Both the position numbers and the translations under genes were made by a program. From contig JAYKGY010000053.1 in NCBI GenBank assembly GCA_035285545.1, forward strand, positions 1-51,852: a DNA stretch of 51,852 bases, in the 5' to 3' direction. The notes below the pieces were generated by a model, which worked only from the letters and a program-made list of their open reading frames with translations, did not search any database and was not told the origin of the DNA. This document shows, one piece after another, positions 50,199-51,852 of this stretch; within the stretch, counting starts at the first letter, position 1, and every line of letters begins with the position of its first letter. The stretch is from Snowella sp. (lineage in GTDB: Bacteria; Cyanobacteriota; Cyanobacteriia; Cyanobacteriales; Microcystaceae).

Positions 50199-51530
50199 TT
50201 AATTTAGTGCTTTCATTTTGCCTGGGTTCATTAATCCGTAGGGATCAACCTGTTTTTTCAATGTCAATTGCTCAGGATTAATATGCCCCGATCCGCCTTC
50301 TTCGATGGTATAAACATGGGGATTGGCAATACTGGCTCCTTGGGATTGATGATAATTAATAATTTCGTCTAATCGTTCTTCTGTTGTAAAGCGAACTAGG
50401 GGTAAGCCTGCGGGAATTGCCTTACCATTGACTTGTAAAAACTCTAAATGAATCATCACTTCTTCGCCAAAATATTCATAGCATTGTTCAACCTTTTCGG
50501 GTGTCCAATAAAAGACTTGCAGATAGGTCAAGCTGGGATCAATGGCACGGGCTAAGAGGGTGGTATGATTCCAGTTAAATTCTAATAAGTTAACACCTTT
50601 GCTGTCTTCTTGGCTTTGATAGGTAATCTGTCCGTTATAGTCTTTCACTAAGCTTTGAACAGCCGCTAAATCATATTGAGAAACAATTAATAAGGCACAG
50701 GATTTTGGGGGGGAACAATAATCTTTTAAGGCCGTAAAATATTGCGGAATCGGTGCGGCATGAATCCCTACTTGTTTTTTGACAATACCACTACTGTCGC
50801 TTAACGCCTGCCCAAAGTTAAGAGCATTTTTAAATTCCTCAAACGTCACAATCATTTCTACCCAAGGATAGGTCGGGGCTAGGGCAATATCGAGTTCTGT
50901 GATAATGCCATTGGTTCCATAGGCATGGATCGCCGCTTGGGTTTCATCGCCTTGTAATTCAATAATTTGGGGGGAATCTTCTAAGGTAACTAACCGTAAT
51001 CGTTGCACATTGCCGCGATCGCTGATCATGCCATAATTCACCGATCCCATGCCCACACTGCCGCCCCCGATAAAGCCCCCAATAGTTGCGGTGCGGTAGG
51101 TAGAGGGAGCCATGCGTAATTCCCAACCAATTTCTTTAGCTTGCTTATCAAAAGCTGCCATTTTAACCCCAGGCTCGACTCTTGCCCGACCAGGTTGGAG
51201 GTCGAGAATTTGATTCATGGCACTGAGATCGAGAATAATCCCGCCTTCTAGGGGAATACATTGGCCATAGTTGCCTGTGCCTGCACCGCGAATGGTCAAG
51301 GGAACATGGTATTTAACGCAAATTTGAGCAACGGTGATAACTTCTGCTTCTGTGGTCGGACGAACGGCTAAATTTCCCCGTTTATCCCGAAGTTGGCGGT
51401 CTAGGACAGGGCTGAAATGGAAATAATCCAGGGAAAGTTTTTCCAATTGTTGGCGATCGCTAATCACCGTTATATTTTGGGCGATTAACGCCTGTTCAAT
51501 TTCTGGCCAAGGAGCAAGGGAAAGAGTCAT
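50199..51530 (-). CDS. FAD-binding oxidoreductase (GlcD/VAO-like)
   Basis: RGAGTGNYGQ, ATIGGF, GTNGIIT and C-terminal DPYGLMNPGK motifs. Confidence 0.85.
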   Translation of the reverse strand: MTLSLAPWPEIEQALIAQNITVISDRQQLEKLSLDYFHFSPVLDRQLRDKRGNLAVRPTTEAEVITVAQICVKYHVPLTIRGAGTGNYGQCIPLEGGIILDLSAMNQILDLQPGRARVEPGVKMAAFDKQAKEIGWELRMAPSTYRTATIGGFIGGGSVGMGSVNYGMISDRGNVQRLRLVTLEDSPQIIELQGDETQAAIHAYGTNGIITELDIALAPTYPWVEMIVTFEEFKNALNFGQALSDSSGIVKKQVGIHAAPIPQYFTALKDYCSPPKSCALLIVSQYDLAAVQSLVKDYNGQITYQSQEDSKGVNLLEFNWNHTTLLARAIDPSLTYLQVFYWTPEKVEQCYEYFGEEVMIHLEFLQVNGKAIPAGLPLVRFTTEERLDEIINYHQSQGASIANPHVYTIEEGGSGHINPEQLTLKKQVDPYGLMNPGKMKALN

Positions 51531-51725
51531 AACTTTACTGTTGCGTTTCTTATTACCTTAATCCTGATTTAAAACTTGATCAATCTGTTTATAAAGAAAA
51601 TCGCGAGCGGCTATTATCTAAGACCACATCAGCTTGGGTTATCTTATCGGCTAAGGGTAGTTGATTCTGAATCCGCGCGATCGCCTTTAATTAGAAAAGC
51701 TTTGAATTTTGAAAACGAATTATAA

Positions 51726-51852
51726 TATAGCAATCCTAAACGATTTGTAACAGATATAATAGAAATGAGAGAGGGACAAAAGTAAAGGGTTAAAATCATG
51801 AACTTGATAGAAGAGCTAGATGATTTTCTAAAAAAGACAACAGATGCGAGAG
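51726..51852 (+). mobile_element. left end of a probable IS630-family insertion sequence; transposase start at 51798 (partial)
   Basis: TA followed by TAGCAATCCTAAACGATTTGTAA resembles cyanobacterial IS630 termini; ORF MNLIEELDDFLKKTTDARE runs off the window. Confidence 0.6.

Overview
A 52-kb chromosomal segment from a unicellular cyanobacterium, probably related to Synechocystis (Merismopediaceae-like). The evidence is dense HIP1 (GCGATCGC) sites, a Synechocystis-type PsbV, an EF-Tu lacking the usual cyanobacterial insert, and a 429-aa DnaB intein at the Ssp DnaB site. Most of it is core genome: tamB-like, trx, rubA-ycf48-psbEFLJ, rpsL-rpsG-fusA-tuf-rpsJ, cobA/cbiX, psbV, dnaB with two inteins, aroQ, rpsF, tic20, murJ, serS, hemE, pgm, cobW-like, CHAT and lctP. 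Small AT-rich accessory islets are interspersed: an LRAT-like/FGE-like/GH10 cluster at the left end, three toxin-antitoxin loci (two with inactivated toxins), a glycine-zipper plus PD-(D/E)XK nuclease pair, a NYN-LOTUS gene and a probable IS630 left end at the right edge. The most notable observations are (1) accessory islets whose edges fall at HIP1 sites, including one toxin gene cut off at a HIP1; (2) a duplicated ~60-bp HIP1-anchored promoter leader in front of consecutive cassettes; (3) an uncharacterised glycine-zipper/nuclease operon; (4) a P-loop DnaB intein carrying an XRE-type HTH; (5) an EF-Tu with a lysine-rich C-terminal tail; and (6) unannotated small ORFs and an S6:S18-type leader. 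No CRISPR array, tRNA or rRNA was seen. All family calls come from motif recognition by eye, not from database searches.
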